Part shown: positions 9,401 through 18,544 of the stretch, in pieces
Numbering within the stretch: position 1 is the first letter of the stretch
Layout of the letters: each line of letters begins with the position of its first letter
Origin: Burkholderiales bacterium
GTDB lineage: Bacteria; Pseudomonadota; Gammaproteobacteria; Burkholderiales; SG8-39
NCBI GenBank assembly: GCA_041635755.1
Contig: JBFKUL010000003.1
Coordinates: forward strand, 1-32,382
DNA length: 32,382 bases
Direction: 5' to 3'
Notes under the pieces: generated by a model
Database searches by the model: none
What the model saw: only the letters and a program-made list of their open reading frames with translations
Told to the model about the DNA's origin: nothing
Translations under genes and position numbers: made by a program

Positions 9401-11813
9401 CCGCCGCGGGCGCGGGGGTACCCTCACCCAGGCGAACCCGCGTTGCGGCGGCGATGATCTCCTGCGGGTCCGGCTGCGGCTCGCCGCGGTGCAGCCTCGC
9501 GATCCAGTCCGAGAACGCCTCGTGCGCCTGAGCAAGCAGACCGCACAGTGCGGACGTGGCGCTGCGCTCCTCCTGCAACCAGAGGTTCATGACCTGCTCG
9601 ACCGCCCACGCCGCCTCGCCGAGCCGGGTTAGCCCGACCATGCGGCCGCTGCCCTTGAGCGTGTGGAAGGCGCGCCGAGTCGTCGCCAGGTGCGCAGTCG
9701 ACGCCGGCTGCGCACGGATCACCTCGAGATTCGAGGCGATGGTTGCGAGCACTTCAACCGCCTCCTCGAGGAAGATGACGAGCAGCTCCTGATCGAGCGC
9801 GTCGTCGCTCGCATCCTTGAGCCGCTCCGAATGCGCCGAGCCCGCGGCCTGCGGCTCCGGCTCCGGCTTGAGCGCGATGTGCAGCGTGTCGTCCGGATTG
9901 TCCGCCGCCTCGATTTGCGACAACGTCTCGCGGGCCTTGTCGCCCAGGGACCGGTCGGCCACCAGCTCGGCGTCCTTGCGGATGTCGTCCAGCCGGTGCT
10001 TGATCTCGGCGCGCAAGCGCTCGTCGGCGCGCTGGCCCTTGAATCTCTCGAGCAGCGTCAGCGCGTCGCGCGTCTTCTGCTCGAGCTCGATTTCGACGCT
10101 CGGTGCGGCCGCCTCCGGCGGTGGCGCGGACCGCGCGACCCGCACCGGTCGCATGGCCGCGGTGAAATCGGCCTTGCCGTGGCGCAGCGCCTCGATGTAG
10201 AAGCCAAGCCCCGAGAGGATCTGCGCCACGTCCTCGAACTGCTCGGTGCTCGGGCGCGTTGCCGCCGCGGCGAATCCTCGAATCGTCGCCGCGCAGCGCT
10301 CCAGCGCTTGTTCGGCCCGCTCTTCCCCGAGGACCCGCAGCGCGCCCGATACCTGATGGATCAGCGACTCGAGCGTCGCAAGCTCGCCGGCCTTCGCCGG
10401 ATCCCGGAAGTAGGCGTCCAGCGCCTGCTCGATGCGGTGCAGATTGGCCTGCATCTCGGCGAGCGCGCTATTCACGGCGAGCTTTTCCTGCGCGCGCCGG
10501 GTCATTTCGTCGACCAGGGCTGCCGTAGGCAGCGGCGAGGTGCTGTCGATGCTGAGCACCGCGGCGCGCAGGCGCGCACCCATGACTTTCACCTGCCGCT
10601 CGAAATCCTCGGGCAGGCGCCGGTAGTTGTCGGCCGCATTCTCCGCCAGCAGCAGCGCGGTCGCGATCTCCATGGCGACCACTTCCGACATCCTGCTCGG
10701 GTGCGCCTGCAGCTCGCGCGCAGCGCGACCGATCTCTGCCGTAAGGACGGCAACCTGTCGATTGCCGAGGCGCTCGCCCTGCGCGGCGATGGCTTCGGCG
10801 TGCTGCGCAAAAGCGGCAAGCGCGGATTCGGCGCCGGCCGCAAAGCGGTTCCAGGACTCCTTGGCTCCGGCGAGCGCCTCGCGCAGCGCGTGCGCAACCG
10901 GCATGCGCTGCGAAATGTCCGGCGAGCCGGTGGGCACCGGCACAGGATGCTCCAGCCGGTAGGCGTCCTTGACCGTGCGTGCGCGTGCGCTGCGCTCGCC
11001 GGCGCTCGCAACCCAGAAGAGCACCTCGCGCATCAGGCGCTCCGCGACCGACGGCGAGCCTTCGATCACGCGCCGCAGCTGCTGCTCGATCCTCGAGCAA
11101 AGTGGCTTGATACCGCTGCTTTCCGACGCGAGATCGCCGTGCGCCAGCGCGTCAAACAGCGCGCCGGCCGCCCACCAGAAAGCGCGCTGCACCGGCACCG
11201 ACTGAGTCGATTCGACGGCATCGACCGCAGCGCGCATTTCCGCGATCGCGGGCAGGTTGGACGGATCACGCAGAAAGTGAACCAGGCCTTGCTGGTAGCG
11301 CGCGCGCTGCGCACGCAGCAGCGCCTGCGCCTGCTCCGGCGCCAGGCTCAGCGCGGGCCGCTCGTGCGGCGGCGCTGGGAGCGTCAGGTCGGGGAAGTAG
11401 AGCTCAGCCTCCGAGGGTGCCGGTGCGGCGCGGGCGTGGGCAAGCTGGCGGTACTCGGGAAACAGCCGCATCGGCTGATCCGGCGCGCCTTCGAGCAGTT
11501 CGGACAGGTATTTGCCGATCGCGCCGATCGCCCGCTCGAGTGCCTGCGGCGCGCTTCCCGCCGCATCCACTTTGCCCGCCGCGAGTTCGGCGACCAGCTT
11601 TTCGGTCTCCTCGAAGAAGCGCGACACGCCCTCCAGACCGACGATCTGCACCGCGCCAGCCGCCTGGTGCAGGTGCATGCCGCAGGCCTCGAGCTCGCCT
11701 CGCCGATCGTTTCGGCCGCCGAAGACGCGCAGCGCCTCCTTGGCCCGCGCGAGCGACGAATCGATCTCGCTCTTGACCCAGCTCAGGGGACCGATGTCGA
11801 ACACGCTGCTCAT
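6435..11813 (-). CDS. chpA: ChpA/PilL: CheA-like hybrid histidine kinase of the Pil-Chp system (FimL-like N-terminus, several Hpt, HATPase, CheW, REC)
   Basis: N-terminal L.WVK.EI; Hpt motifs FHTLKGSGRM and LHTLKGSARM; HLIRNA..HG, DDGAG and GRGVG boxes; CheW domain; C-terminal receiver (VVDDS, DIEMPRMDG, GKP); follows pilJ. Confidence 0.95.
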   Translation of the reverse strand: MSSVFDIGPLSWVKSEIDSSLARAKEALRVFGGRNDRRGELEACGMHLHQAAGAVQIVGLEGVSRFFEETEKLVAELAAGKVDAAGSAPQALERAIGAIGKYLSELLEGAPDQPMRLFPEYRQLAHARAAPAPSEAELYFPDLTLPAPPHERPALSLAPEQAQALLRAQRARYQQGLVHFLRDPSNLPAIAEMRAAVDAVESTQSVPVQRAFWWAAGALFDALAHGDLASESSGIKPLCSRIEQQLRRVIEGSPSVAERLMREVLFWVASAGERSARARTVKDAYRLEHPVPVPTGSPDISQRMPVAHALREALAGAKESWNRFAAGAESALAAFAQHAEAIAAQGERLGNRQVAVLTAEIGRAARELQAHPSRMSEVVAMEIATALLLAENAADNYRRLPEDFERQVKVMGARLRAAVLSIDSTSPLPTAALVDEMTRRAQEKLAVNSALAEMQANLHRIEQALDAYFRDPAKAGELATLESLIHQVSGALRVLGEERAEQALERCAATIRGFAAAATRPSTEQFEDVAQILSGLGFYIEALRHGKADFTAAMRPVRVARSAPPPEAAAPSVEIELEQKTRDALTLLERFKGQRADERLRAEIKHRLDDIRKDAELVADRSLGDKARETLSQIEAADNPDDTLHIALKPEPEPQAAGSAHSERLKDASDDALDQELLVIFLEEAVEVLATIASNLEVIRAQPASTAHLATTRRAFHTLKGSGRMVGLTRLGEAAWAVEQVMNLWLQEERSATSALCGLLAQAHEAFSDWIARLHRGEPQPDPQEIIAAATRVRLGEGTPAPAAAAAVHAPAVLEAPATPAEERPVVLGDAQISPSLFAVFVNEARQHLDTLERELAATLLDKRVRDELVRAAHTFAGICGTVQLGAMHALGYALENALLRLRSRTEAVQADELELLGRCIAALSSMYAGVLERHLPAPQDRLCSALELITGPAEPLVAPVLDDTAAEPREAREEKPDTASERGAVIALAAAGASAPANAAAETIAEVPVEAAAAEPELLPVTEDEAPPSTADLLVEEIPIERRQRRLDDDIDPQLLPVFLEEAGELAPRIGELLRAWRGAPASLEHANALRRALHTLKGSARMAGVMSLGELTHLMETRVEDAVALNSASPRMFDDLETSTDRIGLLLERLQRTGRALAEAPAPAAAESQAVPSVPEPRPTSVLPQEAAHARGMMRVRAQVLEKLVNQTGEVAIARSRIEGEVRALKGALADLTENVGRLRGQLREIEIQAESQMRARSKEIEEQHGGFDPLEFDRFTRVQELTRMMAESVNDVSTVHQSITRVVDDTDAALSAQARLTRELQQDLMRVRMVPLGSIAQRLHRLVRQSSKELGKRAQLELRGGGVELDRSVLERITAPLEHLIRNAITHGLEVPAARAAAGKSEIGEIRLDVRQEGNEVVLTLADDGAGLDLERIRSIALAKGLLRAGETVSSQRLADLIFVPGFSTAENITEVAGRGVGTDVVKDEVGALGGRVEIATASGRGAKFTIRLPLTTAVTQTVLVRSGARICALPAVMVEQLQQLRADALDRLRAAGHIEWAGRQYGFAYLPELLGETGAASGETRRYSPVLLLRAGMESIALQVDEMIGNQEVVVKNLGPQLERVPGVAGVTVLGSGEIVLVLNPVVLAGRPRPSALASERARAVAIGAARARVMVVDDSLTVRKITGRLLAREGYQVITAKDGVEALEQLAEMVPDVMLVDIEMPRMDGFDLTRNVRADERLRAVPIVMITSRIADKHRSHALELGVNVFLGKPYQEDELLAHIAGFVSGR

Positions 11814-11835
11814 GCGGCGGGGCCTGCGCTCCAGG

Positions 11836-13968
11836 TCAGACCTTGAAGTTCGCCACCGAGCTCTTCAGATCGCGCGCCAGCGTCGCCAGCTCGCCGACCG
11901 AGGCCGCGGTGCGCTTGGTACCTTCGGTCGCCTGCTCGGTAATGCCCAGAATGTTGCGCATGCTCACCGCCACCGCACCCGCCGCTTTCGCCTGACCCTG
12001 CGTCGTCTTGGAAATGGTTTCGATCAGCGTCGCCAACCGGCGCGACACCTCGCCGATCTCGGCCAGCGCCTGTCCTGCCGCGTCTGAGAGCCTCGCGCCC
12101 TCGACCACACCCTGGGTGCTCTTCTCCATCGCACTCACCGCGTCGTGCGTGTCGGTCTGAATCGTCTTGACGATGGCGCCGATCTGCTTGGTCGCCTCGG
12201 CCGAGCGCTCGGCGAGCCGCTGCACTTCCTCGGCGACTACCGTGAAGCCGCGCCCCGCCTCGCCCGCCGAAGCGGCCTGAATCGCAGCGTTCAGCGCCAG
12301 CACGTTGGTCTGCTCGGTGATGTCGGTGATCAGCTCGACGATCTCGCCGATTTCCTGGGAGGATTCGCCGAGCCGCTTGATGCGCTTGGCGGTCTCCTGG
12401 ATGCCGTCGCGAATCTCGTTCATGCCTGCTATCGCACTCTGCACCGCACTCTGTCCCTTTTCGGCAGCCGAGAGCGAACTGCGCGCGACACGTGCCGACT
12501 CGGCGGCGCTCGCCGACACCTCGTTGATGGCCCGCGCCATGCCGAGTACCTGCGAGCCGGTGGTGCGGATCTCCTGCGACTGGCGCTCGGCCGCCGCAAT
12601 CAGCTGCGTTGTGGTTTGCTGGGCGGACTCGGACGCGCTCGATACCTGCGTGGCGGCGTTGTTGATGCGGCCCACCAGCTCGCGCAGCTCCTCGATAGCG
12701 AAGTTGACTGAGTCAGCGATCGCACCGGTGATGTCCTCGGTCACCGTCGCCCGGACGGTCAGGTCGCCCTCCGCGAAGCCTTGCATCTCGTTCATCAGGC
12801 GCAGAATGGCCTCCTGATTCTGGTCGTTCTGGCGCTTCGCCCGCGCTTCGTCGGTTTCCGCGCTCTCTCGGCGCAGGCGCTCGTCCCCGACGAACGTAAA
12901 GGCCATCAGCGCGAGCACCACGGCCATCATTGCCACGACTGCGGCGATGACATAGATCGTCTTCGATTGCGCGAGGTCTGCCTCGAGCTCGTTGGCGAGG
13001 CGCTCCGAGGCGCCGAGCAGCTTCTCCGAGTCGTTGAACACGGCGAACGCTGCGTTCTTCGCCGACACCAGGCGCTGCATGTTGCCGAGGATCGAGGAAA
13101 CCGAGTCGCGATAGATCTGGAACGCGTCGCCGAGCTCGATCAGCTTGGCGGCGGTGTCCGGATTCTTCGGCGCCGGCAGGCGCATGGCGTCGCTGCCTTG
13201 CTGTAGCGCGACCATCGTGCCGCGGAACTCGTTGGTGTCCTTGCCGAGCAGGAACGCGACCTCCGGGTCGATGGTCTCACCCGCGAGCAACGCGTTGGCG
13301 TTCTTCGCCATGCGCTGGGTGAGCATCACCAGTTGTCCCGCGGCGGAGATCTCGCGCGGCGAGGCGCCGCTCTGCAACTTGAGCGCCTGCACCTGCTCCG
13401 CGAGGTCGAGCAGCAACGGGTTGGAGCCGTTGACCTTGGCGACCGCGCCGCCGAGCCCGACCAGGTTCTTCTGCTCGCGCAGCAGCGTGCCCGAATTGCG
13501 CTCCGTGCGCTCCCACTCCTTGACGAGCGCGTCGAGCGCCGGCTGCACTCGCTCCGGGGTCGCCGGGATGGCCTCGCCACTCACTGCGCCGCCTTTTCTG
13601 AGCCGCTCAAGAATGGCGCCGAAGGCATCTCGGCTCGCCTGCACCTGCTGGAATGCCTCCGGGTTGCCGAGCAGGCCCTGCAGCGACGCCTTCGCCAGGC
13701 GTTGCGAAAGCATGCGCAGCTGACCGGCGTCGGCGATGTACTGGGCGCCAAAGCGCGCATCGCGGTTGTTGACCCACACCAGGAATACCGCGACCACCAA
13801 CAGCATGACGAACAGCGGCAGCAGCACGGTGAGCTGCTTGCCGTGCAGGGCGCGCGCCAGCGCATCCGCGGCGCGACCCGCAGGTTTCTGCGCGATCGGC
13901 GACGCGGCCGCGAACGGACTGTCCGCTTCGCCCTTGCCTGCCAATTTAACGGCCAACTTGAATGCCAT
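11836..13968 (-). CDS. pilJ: PilJ methyl-accepting chemotaxis protein
   Basis: Two TM segments, two PilJ/NarX-type sensor repeats (GQL.ML.QR.AK), HAMP (GDLT), signalling hairpin [23 protein letters not shown]; GGAGG RBS. Confidence 0.95.
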   Translation of the reverse strand: MAFKLAVKLAGKGEADSPFAAASPIAQKPAGRAADALARALHGKQLTVLLPLFVMLLVVAVFLVWVNNRDARFGAQYIADAGQLRMLSQRLAKASLQGLLGNPEAFQQVQASRDAFGAILERLRKGGAVSGEAIPATPERVQPALDALVKEWERTERNSGTLLREQKNLVGLGGAVAKVNGSNPLLLDLAEQVQALKLQSGASPREISAAGQLVMLTQRMAKNANALLAGETIDPEVAFLLGKDTNEFRGTMVALQQGSDAMRLPAPKNPDTAAKLIELGDAFQIYRDSVSSILGNMQRLVSAKNAAFAVFNDSEKLLGASERLANELEADLAQSKTIYVIAAVVAMMAVVLALMAFTFVGDERLRRESAETDEARAKRQNDQNQEAILRLMNEMQGFAEGDLTVRATVTEDITGAIADSVNFAIEELRELVGRINNAATQVSSASESAQQTTTQLIAAAERQSQEIRTTGSQVLGMARAINEVSASAAESARVARSSLSAAEKGQSAVQSAIAGMNEIRDGIQETAKRIKRLGESSQEIGEIVELITDITEQTNVLALNAAIQAASAGEAGRGFTVVAEEVQRLAERSAEATKQIGAIVKTIQTDTHDAVSAMEKSTQGVVEGARLSDAAGQALAEIGEVSRRLATLIETISKTTQGQAKAAGAVAVSMRNILGITEQATEGTKRTAASVGELATLARDLKSSVANFKV

Positions 13969-14018
13969 GTGTCCTCCGGCTCACGTTCAGCGCGGCGGCG
14001 TGCCGCGCGGTGTTTGTT

Positions 14019-14534
14019 CTAGTGCATCGCGACATTGAGAAACTCGCGGTGCGAAAGCAATCGGGTGCTGTCAAGCTCGTGCCAGATGCGTCCCTCGGCA
14101 TCTCGCCAGGCCTTCTCGGCCCACTTCGCCGCGGCGCCATTCCTGCGGCTGCGCTCGAACTCGCGAAGGTTGCGCAGCCCGGCGAGCCGCGTGACCAGCA
14201 GCGCCGCGTTGATCGCGTGCGGCTGCCCGATCAGCAGCAGCCGGCTCTCGACGCCGAGTGCGCTCGGCGGGCCACCGAGGAAGGCGCCGAAATCGGAGAT
14301 GCCGAAGAGCACGCCGCGCACGTTGGCCACGCCGACGAACCAGCTTTGCGTCAGGGGCACGCGCGCAATCTCGGGCACGGCGAGCACTTCGCCGGCGCTC
14401 TCGAGGCGCACCAGCCAGTGCGTGCCGCCCGCCTCGAACGACAGGCGTGCGCTGGGCGTGGCTTCGCTGGCAGCCGCGCGAATACGGCTCGCGAGCGATT
14501 CCTGGAAGTCCCTTAGGCTGGTGCGCTTCGACAC
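14019..14534 (-). CDS. pilI: PilI, CheW-like adaptor
   Basis: VP.T..WF.GVANVRG motif; lies between pilH and pilJ. Start reassigned to GTG 14534. Confidence 0.9.
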   Translation of the reverse strand: MSKRTSLRDFQESLASRIRAAASEATPSARLSFEAGGTHWLVRLESAGEVLAVPEIARVPLTQSWFVGVANVRGVLFGISDFGAFLGGPPSALGVESRLLLIGQPHAINAALLVTRLAGLRNLREFERSRRNGAAAKWAEKAWRDAEGRIWHELDSTRLLSHREFLNVAMH

Positions 14535-14542
14535 GGAGCCCG

Positions 14543-14908
14543 TCAGCCGAGCGCCGCGATCTTGCTCGCGAGCTCTTTCACATCCACCGGCTTGACGATG
14601 TAGTCCTTGGCGCCCTGTCGCAGACCCCAGATGCGGTCGGTCTCCTGCGATTTGGTGGTGCACATGATGACCGGAATGTGCTTGGTGGCCTCGTCGCGCG
14701 CGATCTGGCGCGTCGCCTGAAAGCCATTGGTACCCGGCATCACCACATCCATGATGACGAGATCCGGCCGCTCGGCCTTGGCCTTCTCGAGCGCCTGCTC
14801 GCCGCTGTCGGCGAGCGAGACCTGGTAGCCGAGCTTGGTCAGATTCTCGAGCAGGAACTGCCGGTCGGTGGCCGAGTCGTCGACCACCAGGATTCTCTTG
14901 ACGGGCAT
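14543..14908 (-). CDS. pilH: PilH single-domain response regulator
   Basis: ILVVDDS, MDVVMPG.NGFQATR, TTK.QETD..WG.RQGA..Y.VKP. Start ATG 14908 with GGAG upstream. Confidence 0.95.
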   Translation of the reverse strand: MPVKRILVVDDSATDRQFLLENLTKLGYQVSLADSGEQALEKAKAERPDLVIMDVVMPGTNGFQATRQIARDEATKHIPVIMCTTKSQETDRIWGLRQGAKDYIVKPVDVKELASKIAALG

Positions 14909-14925
14909 GGCGCTATCTCCGTGGT

Positions 14926-15348
14926 TCAGTTCGCGCGGCCGGCGCGGGCCGGGCCCGCCGCGCGGGGTGCATGATCGGCAACCGCCTTCAGCAGGCTGTC
15001 CTTGCTGAAGGGTTTGGTCAGGTATTCGCTGGAGCCCACCATGCGGCCGCGCGCGCGATCGAACAGGCCGTCCTTGGATGACAGCATGACGACCGGCGTG
15101 GCCGCGAACTTCGGGTTCTTCTTGATCAGCGCGCAGGTCTGGTATCCATCCAGACGCGGCATCATGATGTCGACGAACACGACGGCCGGTTGATGATCGG
15201 CGATCTTGGCTAGGGCGTCGAAGCCGTCTTCGGCGAGGATCACCCTGCAGCCGGCCTGCAGAAGAAAGATCTCGGCGCTGCGACGAATGGTGTTCGAGTC
15301 GTCGATCACCATTACCTTGATGCCGGCAAGGTCGGCCGTGTCGGCCAT
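14926..15348 (-). CDS. pilG: PilG single-domain response regulator
   Basis: VMVIDDS.TIRR.AE, DIMMPRLDGYQTCALIK, LSSKDGLFDRARGR, LTKPF. Start ATG 15348 chosen. Confidence 0.95.
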   Translation of the reverse strand: MADTADLAGIKVMVIDDSNTIRRSAEIFLLQAGCRVILAEDGFDALAKIADHQPAVVFVDIMMPRLDGYQTCALIKKNPKFAATPVVMLSSKDGLFDRARGRMVGSSEYLTKPFSKDSLLKAVADHAPRAAGPARAGRAN

Positions 15349-15514
15349 CGTGCAACACCCCCGCAAGAGCTTCCGCGTTCGCGAACTGCCGCAGCCCCAT
15401 GCCCGGCGCGCGAATCGTCGTCAAACCCGCGCGAACGCTGCGCGCGGGCCAGCCCGGCAAGCATACTAGAGGGGCAAGCGAAGTTGAAAGCGTCGCATGT
15501 GCAAAAGTGCCTGC

Positions 15515-15697
15515 TCAGATCTCGATCATCTCGAAATCGTCCTTGCGCGCGCCGCACTCGGGACAGGTCCAGTTGATCGGTACATCTTCCCAGCGCGTGC
15601 CGGGTGCGATGCCTTCGTCGGGCAGACCTGCGGCTTCGTCGTACACGAAGCCGCAGATGAGGCACATCCAGCTGCGATATTCGGGCGTCGGCGCCAT
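15515..15697 (-). CDS. Rubredoxin
   Basis: 60 aa from ATG 15697: W.CLICGFVYDE..G.P..GI.PGT.W.D.P..W.CPECG..K.DF, with two CxxC knuckles. Confidence 0.95.
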   Translation of the reverse strand: MAPTPEYRSWMCLICGFVYDEAAGLPDEGIAPGTRWEDVPINWTCPECGARKDDFEMIEI

Positions 15698-15717
15698 CGA
15701 GTGCGGGCGAGGTGGGT

Positions 15718-15737
15718 TAAAATGGCCCGGCATCTTA
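15718..15737. promoter_or_regulatory. Overlapping opposite-strand -10 boxes: TAAAAT (+, 15718-15723, toward thiD) and TAAGAT (-, 15732-15737, toward rubredoxin)
   Basis: These are the main AT-rich hexamers in the 100-bp rub/thiD spacer. Confidence 0.5.
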
Positions 15738-15797
15738 TCGCATTCCCCGACGCGGCCCGCCGCGCGCCGCGGAGCACCCGCCGGCGCGGCCTGTGAA

Positions 15798-16634
15798 ATG
15801 CCTGCATTGCCACCGATCGTGCTCACCTTTGCCGCCTCCGACCCCACCGGTGGCGCGGGAATGCAAGCCGATCTGCTGACGCTCGCAAGCATGGGATGTC
15901 ATCCGCTCTCGGTGCTCACCGCGCTGACGGTGCAGGATACGCGTGGCGTCGAGGCTATGCTCGCGATCGATCCGGAATGGGTGAGCGACCAGGCGCGCCG
16001 CCTGCTCGAGGACATGCCGGTCGCCGCGTTCAAGCTTGGCGTACTCGCGAGCGCGGCCAATGTCACCGCAATCGCCGAGATCGTGTCCGATTACCCTGAG
16101 GTGCCGGTGATCCTCGATCCGGTGCTCTCCTCCGGGCGCGGCGACGCGCTGGCGGGCGAGGATACGATCGAGGCGGTGCGCGAGTTGCTTCTGCCGCAAA
16201 CCACGATCGCGACGCCGAACAGCATCGAGGTGCGGCGCCTCGCCGAGGACGAGGACGACGCGTCCGAGCCCGAGCTCGACGAATGCGCGCAGCGCCTCGT
16301 CGGCTTGGGATGCGAGTACGTGCTCGTTACCGGCACCCACGAATCGACCGCGCACGAAGTCGTGAACACGCTCTATGGCGAGCGCGGCGTGGTGCGCGAG
16401 GATCGCTGGCGGCGCCTGCCCGGCAGCTACCACGGCTCGGGCTGCACGCTTGCCTCGGCAATCGCCGCCGCGTTGGCCAACGGCCTCAATCTTCCCGAGG
16501 CGGTGCGCGAGGCGCAGGAGTACACCTGGCAAGCGCTCGCCTCCGGCTTCCGGCCGGGCATGGGGCAGTTCCTCCCGGACCGCTTCTTCTGGGCGCGCGA
16601 GGTGGACGACGCCGTCGACGGCGGCTCACCGTGA
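15798..16634 (+). CDS. thiD: Hydroxymethylpyrimidine/phosphomethylpyrimidine kinase
   Basis: A.SDP.GGAG.QAD, T.QDT, ILDPV, TPN..E, HGSGCTLASAIAA. Start reassigned to ATG 15798. Confidence 0.92.
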   Translation: MPALPPIVLTFAASDPTGGAGMQADLLTLASMGCHPLSVLTALTVQDTRGVEAMLAIDPEWVSDQARRLLEDMPVAAFKLGVLASAANVTAIAEIVSDYPEVPVILDPVLSSGRGDALAGEDTIEAVRELLLPQTTIATPNSIEVRRLAEDEDDASEPELDECAQRLVGLGCEYVLVTGTHESTAHEVVNTLYGERGVVREDRWRRLPGSYHGSGCTLASAIAAALANGLNLPEAVREAQEYTWQALASGFRPGMGQFLPDRFFWAREVDDAVDGGSP

Positions 16635-17263
16635 CGCTGCGCGGCCTGTACGCGATTACACCAGCGCTCGAGGGCGAGGCGCTCCTTGCGCGCGTGCGCA
16701 GCGCGCTCGAAGGGGCCGGGCCCGGCTGCGTGCTGCAGTACCGCGGCAAGACGAGCGACGCGTCGCAGCGCTTGCAGGACGCGCGCGCGCTCGCGGCGCT
16801 GTGCCGCACGCACGGCGCCACGTACATCGTCAACGACGACCTCGAGCTCGCTCTCGCGGTGAACGCCGACGGGCTGCATCTTGGGCGCGAGGACGGCGAG
16901 CCGGCCGCGGCTCGAGCGCGCCTCGGCGCCAGGCTGCTCGGCGTCTCGTGCTATGACTCGCTCGAGCGCGCGCGCGCCGCGGTCGCCGCGGGTGCCGATT
17001 ACGTGGCGTTCGGCAGCGTGTTTTCCTCGAGCACCAAGCCCGGCGCGGTACGCGCGCCGCTCGCGCTGTTCGCCGCGGCGCGACCGCTCGGGGTGCCACT
17101 GGTCGCGATCGGCGGCATCACGCTCGACAATGCGCCGCAACTTCTGGCGGCGGGCGTCGATTGCGTCGCGGTGATCTCCGATCTGTTCGAGGCGCGCGAC
17201 ATCTCGTCGCGCGCGCGCGCGTTCACGCGCTTGTTCCACTCCAACGCCCTTTCCACGCCATGA
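16631..17263 (+). CDS. thiE: Thiamine-phosphate synthase
   Basis: GLYAIT, QYR.K, IVNDD, G.HLG, DYVAFG..F.S.TK, VAIGGI. GTG 16631 overlaps the thiD stop (GTGA). Confidence 0.92.
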   Translation: MTLRGLYAITPALEGEALLARVRSALEGAGPGCVLQYRGKTSDASQRLQDARALAALCRTHGATYIVNDDLELALAVNADGLHLGREDGEPAAARARLGARLLGVSCYDSLERARAAVAAGADYVAFGSVFSSSTKPGAVRAPLALFAAARPLGVPLVAIGGITLDNAPQLLAAGVDCVAVISDLFEARDISSRARAFTRLFHSNALSTP

Positions 17264-18543
17264 GCAACAAAAACGAAACGCTGTACAACCGCGCGCAGCA
17301 AAGCATCCCTGCCGGCGTCAACTCGCCGGTGCGCGCGTTCCGCGCGGTCGGCGGCACGCCACCGTTTCTCGAGCGTGCCGCCGGTGCCTACCTTTGGGAC
17401 GCCGACGGCCGACGTTACATCGACTATGTCGGCTCGTGGGGACCGATGGTGGCCGGGCACACGCATCCGCAGGTGGTCGCGGCGGTGCAGGCGGCCGCCG
17501 CCCGCGCGCTGTCGTTCGGCGCACCGACCGAGGCCGAGATCGAGCTCGCCGAAATCCTCTGTCATCTGGTGCCGTCGGTCGAGCGGGTACGGCTGGTGTC
17601 TTCGGGCACCGAAGCTACCATGACCGCGATCCGGCTGGCGCGCGGCTTCACCGGGCGCAATGTGATCGTCAAGTTCGAGGGCTGTTACCACGGCCATGCC
17701 GACAGCCTGCTGGTCAAGGCGGGCTCGGGCGCGCTGACTTTCGGCAATCCGAGCTCGGCGGGCGTGCCGCCGGAGACCGCGGCGCACACGGTCGTGCTCG
17801 ATTACAACGACAGTGCACAGATCAAGGCGCTGTTCGAGGCGCGCGGCGCGCAGATCGCCGGCGTCATCGTCGAGCCGGTTGCGGGCAACATGAACCTCGT
17901 GCTGCCCGCAGCGGGGTTCCTCGAGACATTGCGCGCGCAGTGCAGCACCCACGGTGCGCTGCTCATCTTTGACGAGGTCATGACCGGCTTTCGGGTCGCA
18001 CTGGGCGGCGCACAGCAACGCTTTGGCATCAAGCCCGACCTGACCACGCTCGGCAAGGTGATCGGCGGCGGCTTGCCGGTGGGCGCGGTAGGCGGCCGGC
18101 GCGAGATCATGGAGCAGATTGCGCCGCTCGGCCCCGTGTACCAGGCCGGGACGCTTTCGGGAAATCCCGTGGCGGTCGCCGCGGGCCTTGCGACTCTCAG
18201 GCTGGTCGCGCAGCCTGGTTTTCTCGAGCGCGTCGAGGCCAGCACGCGCGCCCTGACCGAAGGTCTGGCGGCGGCGGCGGCGAAATCGGGCGTGACATTC
18301 TCGGCTCAGCACGCGGGCAGCATGTTCGGGTTGTACTTCCGTGCCTCGCCACCGAGGAGCTTTGCCGAGGTCATGCAATGCGACCGCGAACGCTTCAACC
18401 GCTTTTTTCACGCCATGCTCGGCCGCGGCGTGTATCTCGCGCCCTCGGCCTACGAGGCGGGCTTCGTCTCGGCCGCGCACGGCGCGGCCGAGATCGAGGC
18501 GACGCTCGCGGCGGCGCGCGAGAGCTTCGCGGCGCTCGGCTAG
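17260..18543 (+). CDS. hemL: Glutamate-1-semialdehyde 2,1-aminomutase
   Basis: [41 protein letters not shown] lysine in GKVIGGG.P. ATG 17260 overlaps the thiE stop (ATGA). Confidence 0.96.
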   Translation: MSNKNETLYNRAQQSIPAGVNSPVRAFRAVGGTPPFLERAAGAYLWDADGRRYIDYVGSWGPMVAGHTHPQVVAAVQAAAARALSFGAPTEAEIELAEILCHLVPSVERVRLVSSGTEATMTAIRLARGFTGRNVIVKFEGCYHGHADSLLVKAGSGALTFGNPSSAGVPPETAAHTVVLDYNDSAQIKALFEARGAQIAGVIVEPVAGNMNLVLPAAGFLETLRAQCSTHGALLIFDEVMTGFRVALGGAQQRFGIKPDLTTLGKVIGGGLPVGAVGGRREIMEQIAPLGPVYQAGTLSGNPVAVAAGLATLRLVAQPGFLERVEASTRALTEGLAAAAAKSGVTFSAQHAGSMFGLYFRASPPRSFAEVMQCDRERFNRFFHAMLGRGVYLAPSAYEAGFVSAAHGAAEIEATLAAARESFAALG

Positions 18544-18544
18544 C

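Noticed and set aside
6951-11846. Long plus-strand ORFs opposite chpA (678, 493 and 727 aa)
   Set aside because: Antisense shadows of a GC-rich gene, with no recognisable motifs and Arg/Ala/Ser-biased composition.
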